DNA from: an uncultured Lentisphaerota bacterium
GTDB lineage: Bacteria > Verrucomicrobiota > Kiritimatiellia > CAIQIC01
Length of the DNA stretch: 64,000 bases
Direction of reading: 5' to 3'
Assembly: GCA_903912445.1 (NCBI GenBank)
Contig: CAIWHP010000191.1
Coordinates: 262-64,261 of the forward strand
The notes under the pieces are model-generated. The model was not told where the DNA came from. It made no database searches and saw only the letters and a program-made list of their open reading frames with translations. Made by a program: the position numbers and the translations under genes. Below are positions 9,930 through 19,087 of the stretch, piece after piece (positions within the stretch are counted from its first letter, which is position 1; each line of letters begins with the position of its first letter).

Positions 9930-12410
9930 ATGGCAGTCAAGGTCACACGTTCGTCGGGCTGGCGCTGGAGCTGGGGCATCATGGTGCTCGCGCTCGCGGC
10001 TCTGGTGTTGCTCAGCCTCGTCTCGTTCCGCCCCGACGATATCGCGGCGAACAAGGAGCCGCCGAACTCGCCGGCGCTCAATTTCATCGGGCCGGTGGGC
10101 GCGTGGACGGCCTACCTGCTGCTGATGGGCCTCGGCGTGGGTGCCTACGTTTTCGCGGTCGCGCTGTTCGTGCTCGGGCTGTTCATGGTCTTCCAGCACG
10201 AGGGCCGGGTCTGGCCGAAGGCGATCTGGCTGCTGGTGATGACGCTGGGCATTGCCGCGCTGATCGAGATCGGGTCGGACCCGTGGATCGGGGTGAAACT
10301 GCGGCTGAACATCGGCACGGCGGGCGGCGCGCTCGGCCGGCTGCTGACCTATGACTGGCTGGTGCTGTGGATGGGCACGGTGGGCACGGTCATCCTGATG
10401 CTCGCGCTGCTGCTCGTCGGTCTGTTCCTGGTGTTCGAGTGGCATCCGCTGCTTCTCGCGCGGGCCGGCAAGGATATCGGCGGGAAACTGCTGGAAAAAT
10501 GGCAGACGTCGCGCAAGGCGCACGCCGAGGACCAGACCCGCGTCGAGGGCGAGCAGCGCGATGTGGCCAAGCGCCGCCGCCGGCTCGAAGAGGCCATGAA
10601 GGACAACGAGAAGGCCGCCACCCAGCCGGCGCTGCCGCTCACGTCCGAGCTTGCTCCGCCGCCCGCCGCTGCCAAAGAAAAAGAAGAAGTGGCGGCCAAG
10701 GCTGTCGCGGAACCGCTCGCGGAAGCCGCCGTGGACCTGGCCCCCGCCGACGAGGACGAGCTCGACGTGCCGGTGCCCGCGCCGAAGCGCAAGCCCGCGC
10801 CGCGCAAGAAGCCGGAGCCGCCGCCGCCGCCCGCACCGCTGGCGCATCCCGGCAACTATGTGCTGCCGCCCGTCGAGATGCTCGATCCCGTGCCGCCGGA
10901 AAAAGACCGTACGCTCGACAGCGACTTCACGGGCGGGGCGCAGCTGCTCAAGGAGACGCTCGCGGAATTCGGCATCGACGTGGATGTGACCAATGTCGAG
11001 CAGGGGCCGGTGGTCACGCGCTACGAGCTGCTGCCGGCGCCGGGCGTCAAGGTGGAGAAGATCACCGCGCTCAGCAACAACCTGGCGCTGAACATGAAGG
11101 CGGAGAGCATCCGCGTGCAGGCGCCGATCCCCGGCAAGGGCGTCGTGGGCATCGAGGTGCCGAACGGTTTGCGGGTCGCCGTCTATTTGCGCGAGGTGCT
11201 GGAGAGCGACGCGTGGAAGAACACCACCGCCGCGCTGCCGCTGGCGCTGGGCAAGGATGTCGGCGGGCGGGTGATCGTGGCCGACCTGGCCGATATGCCG
11301 CATCTGCTGATCGCCGGCGCGACGGGCTCGGGCAAAACGGTCTGCATGAATTCCGTCCTCGCGGGGCTGCTGATGAGCCGCACGCCGGACCAGATGAAGC
11401 TGATCCTCGTGGACCCGAAGATCGTCGAGTTCGCCGCCTACAAGGATCTGCCGCACCTCGCCTGCCCGGTGATCACCGAGGCCAAGAAGGTCGCCTTCGG
11501 CCTGCGCTGGGCGATCCAAGAGATGGAAAACCGCTACAAGCTGTTTGCCAAGGTCCGCGTCCGCAACATCAAGGACTTCAACAAGCGCGTGATCGTCAAG
11601 CAGCAGGAGCTCTTCACCGATCTCGCCCCGGCCGTCCCGCCGGCCACCCCGCCGGTCGAGGGCGCCGAGGTCGAACCGGTGGCCCCGCCGCCGCCCCCGC
11701 CGAAGCCGGAGGAGGTCATCCCCGACCGGCTGCCCTACATCGTCATCGTCGTGGACGAGCTGGCCGACCTGATGCTGGTGGCGCAGGCGGAGATCGAGAA
11801 CCAGATCGCGCGCCTCGCGCAGATGAGCCGCGCGACGGGCATCCACCTCGTGCTCGCCACGCAGCGGCCCTCGGTCAACGTCATCACCGGCACGATCAAG
11901 GCCAACTTCCCCTCGCGCATCGCCTTCCAGGTGGCGCAGAAGGTGGACAGCCGCACGATCATCGACGCGATGGGCGCGGACAAGCTGCTGGGCAAGGGCG
12001 ACATGCTTTTCCTGCCGCCGGGCGTCGGCCGCTTGATGCGCGCGCAGGGTACGTTGACGACCGATGCCGAAATCCACAGCATCGTCGATTTCCTCAAGCA
12101 ACAGGGCCAGCCGCAGTACGTCTCGGCGCTCAAGGAGAAGGTCGAGGAGCGTCCCGGCGGCGACCTGCCGGACATGGACGAGGACGACGAATTGATCGAG
12201 CAGGCGATCGAAGTCATCCGCCAGACGAAGCGCGCCTCGACCAGCGGCGTGCAGCGCCGGCTGAAGATCGGCTACACGCGCGCGGCCCGGATCATGGACA
12301 TCCTGGAGGAGCGCGGGCTCGTCGGCCCGGCCCAGGGCTCCGACCCGCGGGAGATTCTGATAGATTTGGACGGCGATATTCCGCATACTCGCGACGGCGA
12401 AGTGGCCTGA
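9930..12410 (+). CDS. ftsK: DNA translocase FtsK
   Basis: N-terminal TM segments and a Pro/Ala/Glu-rich linker. The motor domain carries Walker A (GATGSGKT), Walker B (IVIVVDELADLM), 'ATQRPSV' and a C-terminal gamma/winged-helix domain (RRLKIGYTRAARIMDILEERGLV). The start is chosen at MAVKVTRSS; 9897 is possible. Confidence 0.9.
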   Translation: MAVKVTRSSGWRWSWGIMVLALAALVLLSLVSFRPDDIAANKEPPNSPALNFIGPVGAWTAYLLLMGLGVGAYVFAVALFVLGLFMVFQHEGRVWPKAIWLLVMTLGIAALIEIGSDPWIGVKLRLNIGTAGGALGRLLTYDWLVLWMGTVGTVILMLALLLVGLFLVFEWHPLLLARAGKDIGGKLLEKWQTSRKAHAEDQTRVEGEQRDVAKRRRRLEEAMKDNEKAATQPALPLTSELAPPPAAAKEKEEVAAKAVAEPLAEAAVDLAPADEDELDVPVPAPKRKPAPRKKPEPPPPPAPLAHPGNYVLPPVEMLDPVPPEKDRTLDSDFTGGAQLLKETLAEFGIDVDVTNVEQGPVVTRYELLPAPGVKVEKITALSNNLALNMKAESIRVQAPIPGKGVVGIEVPNGLRVAVYLREVLESDAWKNTTAALPLALGKDVGGRVIVADLADMPHLLIAGATGSGKTVCMNSVLAGLLMSRTPDQMKLILVDPKIVEFAAYKDLPHLACPVITEAKKVAFGLRWAIQEMENRYKLFAKVRVRNIKDFNKRVIVKQQELFTDLAPAVPPATPPVEGAEVEPVAPPPPPPKPEEVIPDRLPYIVIVVDELADLMLVAQAEIENQIARLAQMSRATGIHLVLATQRPSVNVITGTIKANFPSRIAFQVAQKVDSRTIIDAMGADKLLGKGDMLFLPPGVGRLMRAQGTLTTDAEIHSIVDFLKQQGQPQYVSALKEKVEERPGGDLPDMDEDDELIEQAIEVIRQTKRASTSGVQRRLKIGYTRAARIMDILEERGLVGPAQGSDPREILIDLDGDIPHTRDGEVA

Positions 12411-12414
12411 ACTT

Positions 12415-13020
12415 ATGGACACCATCGGTCAACAACTCAAGGCGGCGCGTGAGCTCAAGGGCGTGACGGCGTCGCAGGCCGCCGCGGCAACGCACCTGAA
12501 GGTGCAGCACGTCGAGGCGCTCGAGCGCGACGACTACAGCCGTCTGGCCGTGCCGACCTATGCCAAGGGCTTCCTCAGGATTTACGCGGAATACCTCGGC
12601 CTGGATCCCGCGCCGCTGCTGCGCGAATACACCGCGCGTTTCGTCGGGCAGCCGGTCGCCGCGCCCGCGGCCACGCCCGCGGCGCCGGCGGACGGCTCGG
12701 TCTTCAAGTCGCCGCGCCGCCCGCTGGCGCTGGCGCCGCCGCGCCTCGCGTTGCCGCCGGAACTGGTGACGCGCCTGCTGCAGGGCCTCGCGGCCGTCGT
12801 GGTGGTGGTGCTGCTGGTCTGGGTGGTGCGCTCCGGCTGCCAGCGTGCGCCGCGCCCGCCGGCCGAGGCGCCGCCGCCGTCCGTCGTCACCAATCAGATC
12901 CACGCCGAGGTGCCGCCGCCGCTCGTCGCGCCGGCGAAGCGCGAGCCGGCGGCGCCGTGGGTCCTCGTCAACGAACCGCCGCCGCCCTACCTCAAGCGGA
13001 GCGCCGCGAGTACGCCATGA
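12415..13020 (+). CDS. RodZ-like helix-turn-helix cytoskeletal protein (XRE HTH plus TM segment)
   Basis: The N-terminus 'LKAARELKGVTASQAAAATHLKVQHVEALERDDYSRLAVPTYAKGFLRIYAEYLGLD' matches the RodZ N-terminal HTH region. It is followed by a Pro/Ala linker and a TM helix (AAVVVVVLLVWVV). Confidence 0.6.
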   Translation: MDTIGQQLKAARELKGVTASQAAAATHLKVQHVEALERDDYSRLAVPTYAKGFLRIYAEYLGLDPAPLLREYTARFVGQPVAAPAATPAAPADGSVFKSPRRPLALAPPRLALPPELVTRLLQGLAAVVVVVLLVWVVRSGCQRAPRPPAEAPPPSVVTNQIHAEVPPPLVAPAKREPAAPWVLVNEPPPPYLKRSAASTP

Positions 13021-13610
13021 AGGTGCCCGACATACTGACCCTGAGCCGCCTGGGGCTGGCTGCGATCCTGATCACCCTGCTGACGCTGGAATTCCCTTAT
13101 TCCAAAACGCTGGCCCTGCTCACCTTCCTGATCGCCAGCCTGACGGACTATCTCGATGGCGAGCTGGCGCGGCGCGTGTATGGGGTCAGCTCGTTCGGCA
13201 AGCTGATGGATCCGCTGACCGACAAGGTGCTCGTCTGCGCGGCCTTCGTGGCCTTCGTCGAGCTCAAGCTGGTGCCCGCGTGGCTCGTCGTGCTGATCAT
13301 CTCGCGCGAGTTTCTCGTCACCGGGCTGCGGCTGCTCGCGGCCAGCCGCGGGGAGATTGTCGGGGCGGGCTTCTGGGGCAAGCACAAGACCGTCACGCAG
13401 CTGCTGACGATCATCGTCCTGCTGGGCGGCCTGAGCTTCCGGGAGGACTTCAGCCCGCGCTTCACCGTCGAGCAGCTGGCCGCCTACAACAAGGTCCTGT
13501 CCATCACGTCCCTGTCGCTGATTTCCATCGTCGCCTTTATCACCGTGCTGTCCGGCGCGATCTATTTCTATCAGCATCGCAAGCTGCTGCTTTCCGAGGA
13601 CAAGGCGTGA
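13017..13610 (+). CDS. pgsA: CDP-diacylglycerol--glycerol-3-phosphate 3-phosphatidyltransferase
   Basis: CDP-alcohol phosphatidyltransferase motif 'DYLDGELARRV...GKLMDPLTDKV' (D-G-x2-A-R-x8-G-x3-D-x3-D). It has multiple TM helices and overlaps the upstream stop (ATGA). Confidence 0.85.
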   Translation: MKVPDILTLSRLGLAAILITLLTLEFPYSKTLALLTFLIASLTDYLDGELARRVYGVSSFGKLMDPLTDKVLVCAAFVAFVELKLVPAWLVVLIISREFLVTGLRLLAASRGEIVGAGFWGKHKTVTQLLTIIVLLGGLSFREDFSPRFTVEQLAAYNKVLSITSLSLISIVAFITVLSGAIYFYQHRKLLLSEDKA

Positions 13611-13662
13611 GGCCCGCCGTCCGCCGCTGCACCATGCACCATCTCCCCTCAACCATTTTTCT

Positions 13663-14232
13663 ATGAGCATCGAATGGAACATCCAAGCGCCCGCCTGCAC
13701 CTGCACGGCGTGCCAGAAAACGTTCAACGACGGCGATCAGCTGTGCTCGCTCCTGCAGTTCGGCGCCGAGGGCTACGCGCGCCACGACTATTGCACCGCC
13801 TGCTGGGCCGAGAAAGAGCGCGCCGGCGCCACCGGCGTCTGGCAGGGCGTCTTCCGTGCGCCGGCCCCGCCGCCGGATGAACCGCTGAAGAAGGAGACGG
13901 CCGAGTCGCTCCTGCGCCACATGATGGAGACCGAGGACGAAAAGCATGGCAACGCCATCTTCATCCTCGCCGTCATGCTCGAGCGCCGCCGCATCCTCGT
14001 CGAGCGCGACGTGCAGACGCGCGAGGACGGCGTAAAAATCCGTATCTACGAGCACAAGAAGACCAACGAAACCTTCATCATCCCGGACCCGGAGCTCAAG
14101 CTTGCCGAGTTGACGCACGTGCAGGAGGAGGTCGTCCTGCTCCTCGGCGGCACACCGCCGAAGAAAGCGGAAGCAAAAACAGAAGAGAAAACAGCCACGG
14201 ATGAACACGGATCAAACACGGATGGTGCTTGA
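13663..14232 (+). CDS. Hypothetical protein with an N-terminal Cys4 zinc-ribbon-like motif
   Basis: CTCTAC...CSLL...CTAC pattern near the N-terminus. The C-terminal end overlaps the left inverted repeat of the downstream GxxExxY element. Confidence 0.45.
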   Translation: MSIEWNIQAPACTCTACQKTFNDGDQLCSLLQFGAEGYARHDYCTACWAEKERAGATGVWQGVFRAPAPPPDEPLKKETAESLLRHMMETEDEKHGNAIFILAVMLERRRILVERDVQTREDGVKIRIYEHKKTNETFIIPDPELKLAELTHVQEEVVLLLGGTPPKKAEAKTEEKTATDEHGSNTDGA

Positions 14233-14622
14233 ACACTCCGCGATCACGGAGCAGATCATTGGCGCAGCGTTCGAGGTGTACCGTGTCCTCGGTTATGGAT
14301 TTCTTGAAAAGGTATATCAGCGTGCCATGCAGGTTGAGCTGCAACTGCGAGGGATGAAGGCCGAATTGGAACCGAAGCTGAAGGTGCAGTTCAAGGGCGT
14401 TGTTGTCGGCGATTATGCCGCCGACTTATTGGTGGAAGATGTCGTGATCGTCGAATTGAAAACAGTCCCTTCCTACAATCCTGCCGACGAAGCCCAATTG
14501 ATCAACGAGCTCAAAGGGACGGGTATTCGGGTCGGATTGCTTATCAATTTCGGCCGGCAAAAAGTTGAATTTGAACGGCGGGTTTTCTGATTCATCTTCT
14601 CCGTGTTTAATCCGTGTTCATC
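14201..14622. mobile_element. Small insertion: a GxxExxY-family gene bounded by 22-bp inverted repeats (GATGAACACGGATCAAACACGG ... CCGTGTTTAATCCGTGTTCATC), locally AT-rich
   Basis: Read directly: 14202-14223 and 14601-14622 are reverse complements of each other with one mismatch. The enclosed segment is AT-richer than the flanks. Confidence 0.55.
14222..14590 (+). CDS. GxxExxY family protein (PD-(D/E)xK-like)
   Basis: 'EHSAITEQIIGAAFEVYRVLGYGFLEKVYQRAMQVELQLRG' carries the eponymous G-x2-E-x2-Y signature, and the ~120-aa length is typical of the family. Confidence 0.7.
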   Translation: MVLEHSAITEQIIGAAFEVYRVLGYGFLEKVYQRAMQVELQLRGMKAELEPKLKVQFKGVVVGDYAADLLVEDVVIVELKTVPSYNPADEAQLINELKGTGIRVGLLINFGRQKVEFERRVF

Positions 14623-14632
14623 CGTGGCTAAA

Positions 14633-16186
14633 ATGTTCGATCTGATAATTACAAATGGTGAGGTTCATGACGGCAACGGCGGGCCGGCGCGGCGCGTCGA
14701 TGTGGCCGTGAACGGGGACCGCATCGCCGCGGTCGGCGAGCTCGCCGGCGCCGAGGCGCGCACGAGCATAGATGCCACCGGACGCATCGTCTGCCCCGGC
14801 TTCATCGATGTCCATTCGCACTCCGACACCTTCATCCTGATCGAGCCGACCGCGCCGAGCAAAATTTTCCAGGGCGTGACCACCGAGGTCGTCGGCAACT
14901 GCGGCGCCTCGACCGCGCCGCGGCAGGGCGCCTACAAGATGCCCACCGACTGGCGCGAGAAAAAGTATCCCGGCACGTGGAGCAGCGTGGCCGAGTACCG
15001 TGCGCTGCTGGCGCAGGTGCAGCCGGCGCTGAACATCGCCCTGCTGATCGGCCACAACAGCCTGCGCGCCGGCATCATCGGCTACGACGCCCGCGCGGCG
15101 ACCGCCGACGAAATCCGGGCGATGGCGGCGCTGCTCGCGCGCGCGCTCGACGAGGGCGGGGCGGGACTGAGCACCGGCCTGATCTATACGCCGGGCCTCT
15201 ACTCGACGCCGGAGGAAGTCCAGGCGCTGGCGGCCGTGGCGGCCCGGCACGGAAAAATTTATACGAGCCACATGCGCAGCGAGGGCGACCAGCTGCTCGA
15301 GGCGCTTGACGAGACGCTCGCCATCGGCCGCGCCACGGGCATCCGCGTGCAGGTGTCGCACCTGAAGACCGCCGGCCGCCGCAACTGGAAGAAAATTGAC
15401 GCCGCGCTGGAGAAGCTCCGTGCCGCGCAGGCCGCCGGCGTCCGCGTCGCCGCCGACCGCTATCCCTACACCGCGAGCTGCACCGACCTCGACGTCATCC
15501 TGCCCGACTGGGCCGCCGGCGGCGGGCGCGAGGCGGTGCTCGCGCGGCTGCGCGATCCCGCGACGCGGAAAAAGCTGCGCGACGAGCTGGTCAACGACAC
15601 CGACTGGGCCACGATCATGGTCGGCTCGATCTCGCGGCCGGAGCTGGCGCAGTTCCGCGGGCAGCGGCTGCCGGAGCTCGCCGCCGCGCTCGGCCTGGAG
15701 CCGGTGGACGCCGCGCTGCACCTGCTCGACGTGGATGAGCTCCGGCCGAGCGCGATCTTCTTCGGCATGTGCGAGGAAAACCTGTGGCGCATCTTCGCCG
15801 AGCCGTGGGTGATGGTCGGCTCCGACGCCTCGATCCGCGCGCTGACCGGCCCGCTCGCCGTCGATTTCCCGCATCCGCGCGCCTTCGGCACGTTCCCCCG
15901 GCTGCTGCGCGCCGCGCTCGACGGCCGGACCGTGCCGCTGCCGGAGATGATCCGCAAGATGACCAGCCTGGCGGCCGACCAGTTCCAGCTCAAGGACCGC
16001 GGCCGGCTCGCGCCCGGCGCCTTCGCCGATGTCGTCGTCTTCGACCCGCAGGCCATCCGCGACCTGGCGACCTTCGCCGAGCCGCGCCAGTATGCCGAGG
16101 GCATCGCGCACGTCATCGTCAACGGCCGCCCGGTCCTGCGCGACGGCGCCTTCACCGACATCCGCAGCGGCTGCTTCCTCGGCTGA
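14633..16186 (+). CDS. N-acyl-D-amino-acid deacylase (D-aminoacylase) family amidohydrolase
   Basis: Starts at MFDLIITNGEVHDG. 'PGFIDVHSHSD' metal-binding motif and 'TEVVGNCG' are typical of D-aminoacylase/amidohydrolase-3 proteins. Length 517 aa. Confidence 0.8.
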   Translation: MFDLIITNGEVHDGNGGPARRVDVAVNGDRIAAVGELAGAEARTSIDATGRIVCPGFIDVHSHSDTFILIEPTAPSKIFQGVTTEVVGNCGASTAPRQGAYKMPTDWREKKYPGTWSSVAEYRALLAQVQPALNIALLIGHNSLRAGIIGYDARAATADEIRAMAALLARALDEGGAGLSTGLIYTPGLYSTPEEVQALAAVAARHGKIYTSHMRSEGDQLLEALDETLAIGRATGIRVQVSHLKTAGRRNWKKIDAALEKLRAAQAAGVRVAADRYPYTASCTDLDVILPDWAAGGGREAVLARLRDPATRKKLRDELVNDTDWATIMVGSISRPELAQFRGQRLPELAAALGLEPVDAALHLLDVDELRPSAIFFGMCEENLWRIFAEPWVMVGSDASIRALTGPLAVDFPHPRAFGTFPRLLRAALDGRTVPLPEMIRKMTSLAADQFQLKDRGRLAPGAFADVVVFDPQAIRDLATFAEPRQYAEGIAHVIVNGRPVLRDGAFTDIRSGCFLG

Positions 16187-16266
16187 TTTCGAGACCTTGG
16201 AAAGTCCCGCCGCCGTTTTTCCAAGGCTTGGACGGAAGCAGCTCCCTGGTTTCCAAGCCTTGGAAA
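16187..16266. promoter_or_regulatory. Array of three TTTCCAA-N3-TTGGAAA-type palindromes (16187-16203 TTTCGAGACCTTGGAAA; 16218-16234 TTTCCAAGGCTTGGACG; 16250-16266 TTTCCAAGCCTTGGAAA), with centres ~31-32 bp apart, filling the 87-bp gap between two convergent genes
   Basis: Read directly. Positions were checked against ORF-track frames, which read the motifs as FFQGLD and SKPWKN in a spurious frame. Confidence 0.7.
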
Positions 16267-16273
16267 AATCCGC

Positions 16274-17689
16274 TCACTTGCCTTCGTCGCGCGCGTACCA
16301 GTCGAACTTCCGCGTGACGAACATCACGATGCCCAGCGCGAGGAACAGGCCGGCGGTCCCGAAGAGCAGGGCGTAGTCCTGCAGCTGCAGGATGACGTAC
16401 AGGCAGCCGTAGATCGCGGCCAGCTCGCCGCCGATCAGCAGCGCGCGGGCGCGGCTGCCGAGCGCATACGCGCTGTAGCCGACGATGAGCCCCGTGGCGG
16501 CCGTGGCGCCGGCGAGATAGGCCAGCGAAAAGCTGGTGACCTCGGACAGCGCGAGCACAGCGAGGTAGAAGAGGCAGAGCGCCGCGCCGACCAGGGTGTA
16601 CTGGAACGGATGCACCCGCACCCGCGCCAGCATCTCGAACAGGAAGAACGCGGTGAACACCAGCGCGATGAAGAGCACGCCATACTTGATGGCGCGCTCC
16701 ACGTGGCGGTAGCCATCCACCGGGGTCAGCAGCTCGACGCCGAACAGCGAGGCCTCGACCACCGCGGCCTTGAAGGGCTGCGCGGCTTCCTGCGAGGACC
16801 ACTGCTGGGGGTAGGGCCGGCCGTAATAGGAAACCTCCCAGTCCGCCGTGAACCCGGCCGGGCCGACGGTGCGCTGCGAGGGCAGGAACGCGCCGGCGAA
16901 TTTGGGGTCGGGCCAGGGCGAGGTCAGCTGCACGCGGGTCTGCCGCCCCACCGGCGCGAAGCGGAGCGCGCCGCTGCCGTTGAGGGGCAGCTGCAATTCG
17001 AAGACCAACTCCTTGTCCCGCGCCAGCCCGGGGATGCGCACGTGCACGCCGGACGGGAAATCCGCCAGTTTGGAGCCGGGCTCCAGCGGACAGGCCTGGC
17101 CGTCCAGCGTCAGGTTCAGCGCGCCCTTGGCGCCGCGCAGGTCGGTGATCGCCAGGGTGACGAGCGCCTCGTCCCACAGGATGTCCTCCGGCGCCACCTT
17201 CCATTCGTCGAAGCTGGGTTTGGCGAACGCGCCGGCCAGCTGGAGGTCGCCGCGATAGACCACGGCCTGATAGATGCCGCGGTGCAGCGCCTCTGCCGCC
17301 AGGGCGCCGGTCACCTGCAGGCGCTCCGGCAGGAAGCAGGCCTGCGCCGTGCGCGTTTCGGTGGCCTCCGCGCGCTCCACCCGCCCGTTGACCACCTGCT
17401 CCTTCCAGGCCTTGGTGCGGTACTTGTAGGGGATGATCAGCACGGGGCCGCTGACGAGCTGGGCGCCGCCCCACGTGGCGGTGATGTTGGCCAGCGCCTC
17501 CTGGCGCCGTTCCAGCCGCTCGCTCAGCACCGACCGGATCATGGTCAGCGGCACCAGCAGCAGCAGGGTCAGGGCGGCGATCATCCCCAGCTTGAGCATC
17601 GTGCCCAGGCCCCGGCCCCGGCGGGGCGGCGGGGGTGCGGGCGGCAGCGGCGGGACGGGTTCCCGGCGGTCGGCTTGGACTTCGTTCAT
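16274..17689 (-). CDS. creD: Cell-envelope integrity inner-membrane protein CreD
   Basis: Start at MNEVQ. One N-terminal TM helix, a large periplasmic domain and a C-terminal cluster of TM helices (KYGVLFIALVFTAFFLFE...), ~470 aa. This matches the CreD family by architecture and by the conserved 'ITATWGGAQ' region. Confidence 0.75.
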   Translation of the reverse strand: MNEVQADRREPVPPLPPAPPPPRRGRGLGTMLKLGMIAALTLLLLVPLTMIRSVLSERLERRQEALANITATWGGAQLVSGPVLIIPYKYRTKAWKEQVVNGRVERAEATETRTAQACFLPERLQVTGALAAEALHRGIYQAVVYRGDLQLAGAFAKPSFDEWKVAPEDILWDEALVTLAITDLRGAKGALNLTLDGQACPLEPGSKLADFPSGVHVRIPGLARDKELVFELQLPLNGSGALRFAPVGRQTRVQLTSPWPDPKFAGAFLPSQRTVGPAGFTADWEVSYYGRPYPQQWSSQEAAQPFKAAVVEASLFGVELLTPVDGYRHVERAIKYGVLFIALVFTAFFLFEMLARVRVHPFQYTLVGAALCLFYLAVLALSEVTSFSLAYLAGATAATGLIVGYSAYALGSRARALLIGGELAAIYGCLYVILQLQDYALLFGTAGLFLALGIVMFVTRKFDWYARDEGK

Positions 17690-17866
17690 GGTTTTTCTCC
17701 TATAACGGCAAAGCACTTTGCAATGCCAAGTATAACATGAGACCACGCGCGCCGCCAGAGCGTTCAAAATAAGGTGGGCCGCGGCCGGCCCTGCGCCGCC
17801 GTTGACCAAGGGGGCTTGTTTTTGCTATGCGGCGTGCTGCTTTTTTCAAAACCAAGGTTTCCGCTG

Positions 17867-19087
17867 ATGAAAATGAACTGGCACCGCATCCGGGTGGGCG
17901 TGCTCGCGCTGGGCGCGGCTGTCGGGCTGGCGCCCGGGGCGGAGGCGCAGGCAGCGCCGGTGGAAACCAGGGATTGTTCGCGCGCGGAGTTGCGCGACCG
18001 CCTGTACGGCGGCTGGGTCGGCATGTTGATCGGCGGACTCGAAGGCCTGCCGCACGAGTTCAAATACAAGGAGCAGCCGCGCGCCACGCTGCCGGACTTC
18101 ACGTTCCTGAAGGACGGCGCGCGGTCCGATGACGACAACGACTTCGAATGGCCGCACCTGTTCTTCATGGACCAGGAAGGCGCGCTCAAGCTGCCGTATC
18201 CGCGCCTTGTCGAAATCTGGAAGGCCAACATGAACAGCGGCATCTGGGTTGCGAACAAAAAAGCGCGCGAGCTGATGGACCAAGGCGTGGTGCCGCCCGC
18301 GATCGGCAGCGTAGCCCGCAACCCGCACGCTTGGTACAACCTCTCCGGCCAGTTTTGCGTCGAGGCCTACGGCTTGATCGCGCCCGGCATGCCCCAGACG
18401 GCGGCCGGCATCGGCCTGCACTATGCGCGCATCGCCGTGTCCGAGGAACCGCTGCAGGCCACGCAGTTCTGGACCAGCCTGATCGCCCTGCGCGCGTTTC
18501 ACGACGGCGCCCTTGAGGACGCGCTGCAGCAGGCCCGCGCCGCCGTGGACCCGAAGAGCGCGATGGCCGAGGTCGTGACGGACGCGTGTCAGGCGTTTCA
18601 CGCCCATCCCGGCGACTGGAAAGCGGCGCGGCAGGTCATGGACGACAAATGGCGCGTGCAGCGCAAGTGGAACGGCAACTCCACGCCGGTCAACGGGGCC
18701 CTCGTCTGCCTGGCGCTGCTTTATGGTCATGACGATTTCTATCGCACCTTGCAACTGGCGCTGGCGCTGGGGCACGATGCCGACTGCAACGCCGCCACGG
18801 CGGGCGCGATCGCCGGTGTGCGCCTCGGCTTCCAGCGCTTGGCCGCGCTGCCGCAGTTCAAGATGCCCGACCGCTACGTGAATAAAACGCGCCCGCAGCT
18901 GCCGGTCGAAGGCAAGGTGAGCGAACAGGCGGCGACGCTGCTGCGCCTCGCCGAGCGCGTCATCCTCGCCAACGGCGGCACGCCACTCGCCGTGGCCGGC
19001 CAGCCCGGCTACCGCATCAGGCTGCAAGCGCCGCAGGTGCTGGAACGGTTGCCCGCCAATCCCCACGGACCGGAAAACAAACCATGA
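17867..19087 (+). CDS. ADP-ribosylglycohydrolase-family protein with an N-terminal signal peptide
   Basis: [27 protein letters not shown] signal. '[14 protein letters not shown]' and '[20 protein letters not shown]' are typical ADP-ribosylglycohydrolase-fold motifs. Confidence 0.7.
   Translation: MKMNWHRIRVGVLALGAAVGLAPGAEAQAAPVETRDCSRAELRDRLYGGWVGMLIGGLEGLPHEFKYKEQPRATLPDFTFLKDGARSDDDNDFEWPHLFFMDQEGALKLPYPRLVEIWKANMNSGIWVANKKARELMDQGVVPPAIGSVARNPHAWYNLSGQFCVEAYGLIAPGMPQTAAGIGLHYARIAVSEEPLQATQFWTSLIALRAFHDGALEDALQQARAAVDPKSAMAEVVTDACQAFHAHPGDWKAARQVMDDKWRVQRKWNGNSTPVNGALVCLALLYGHDDFYRTLQLALALGHDADCNAATAGAIAGVRLGFQRLAALPQFKMPDRYVNKTRPQLPVEGKVSEQAATLLRLAERVILANGGTPLAVAGQPGYRIRLQAPQVLERLPANPHGPENKP

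Noticed and set aside
9720-12425. 901-aa ORF on the minus strand and the 699-aa ORF 10367..12466 (+) overlapping ftsK
   Set aside because: They are antisense or alternate-frame to a gene with unambiguous FtsK motifs. Their translations are dominated by Arg/Ala/Gly/Pro runs typical of wrong frames in high-GC DNA.
16187-16266. CRISPR-like reading of the phased palindromic repeats
   Set aside because: The repeats are 17 bp with ~14-bp spacers and at most three per locus. That is far too short for CRISPR, and no cas genes are present.
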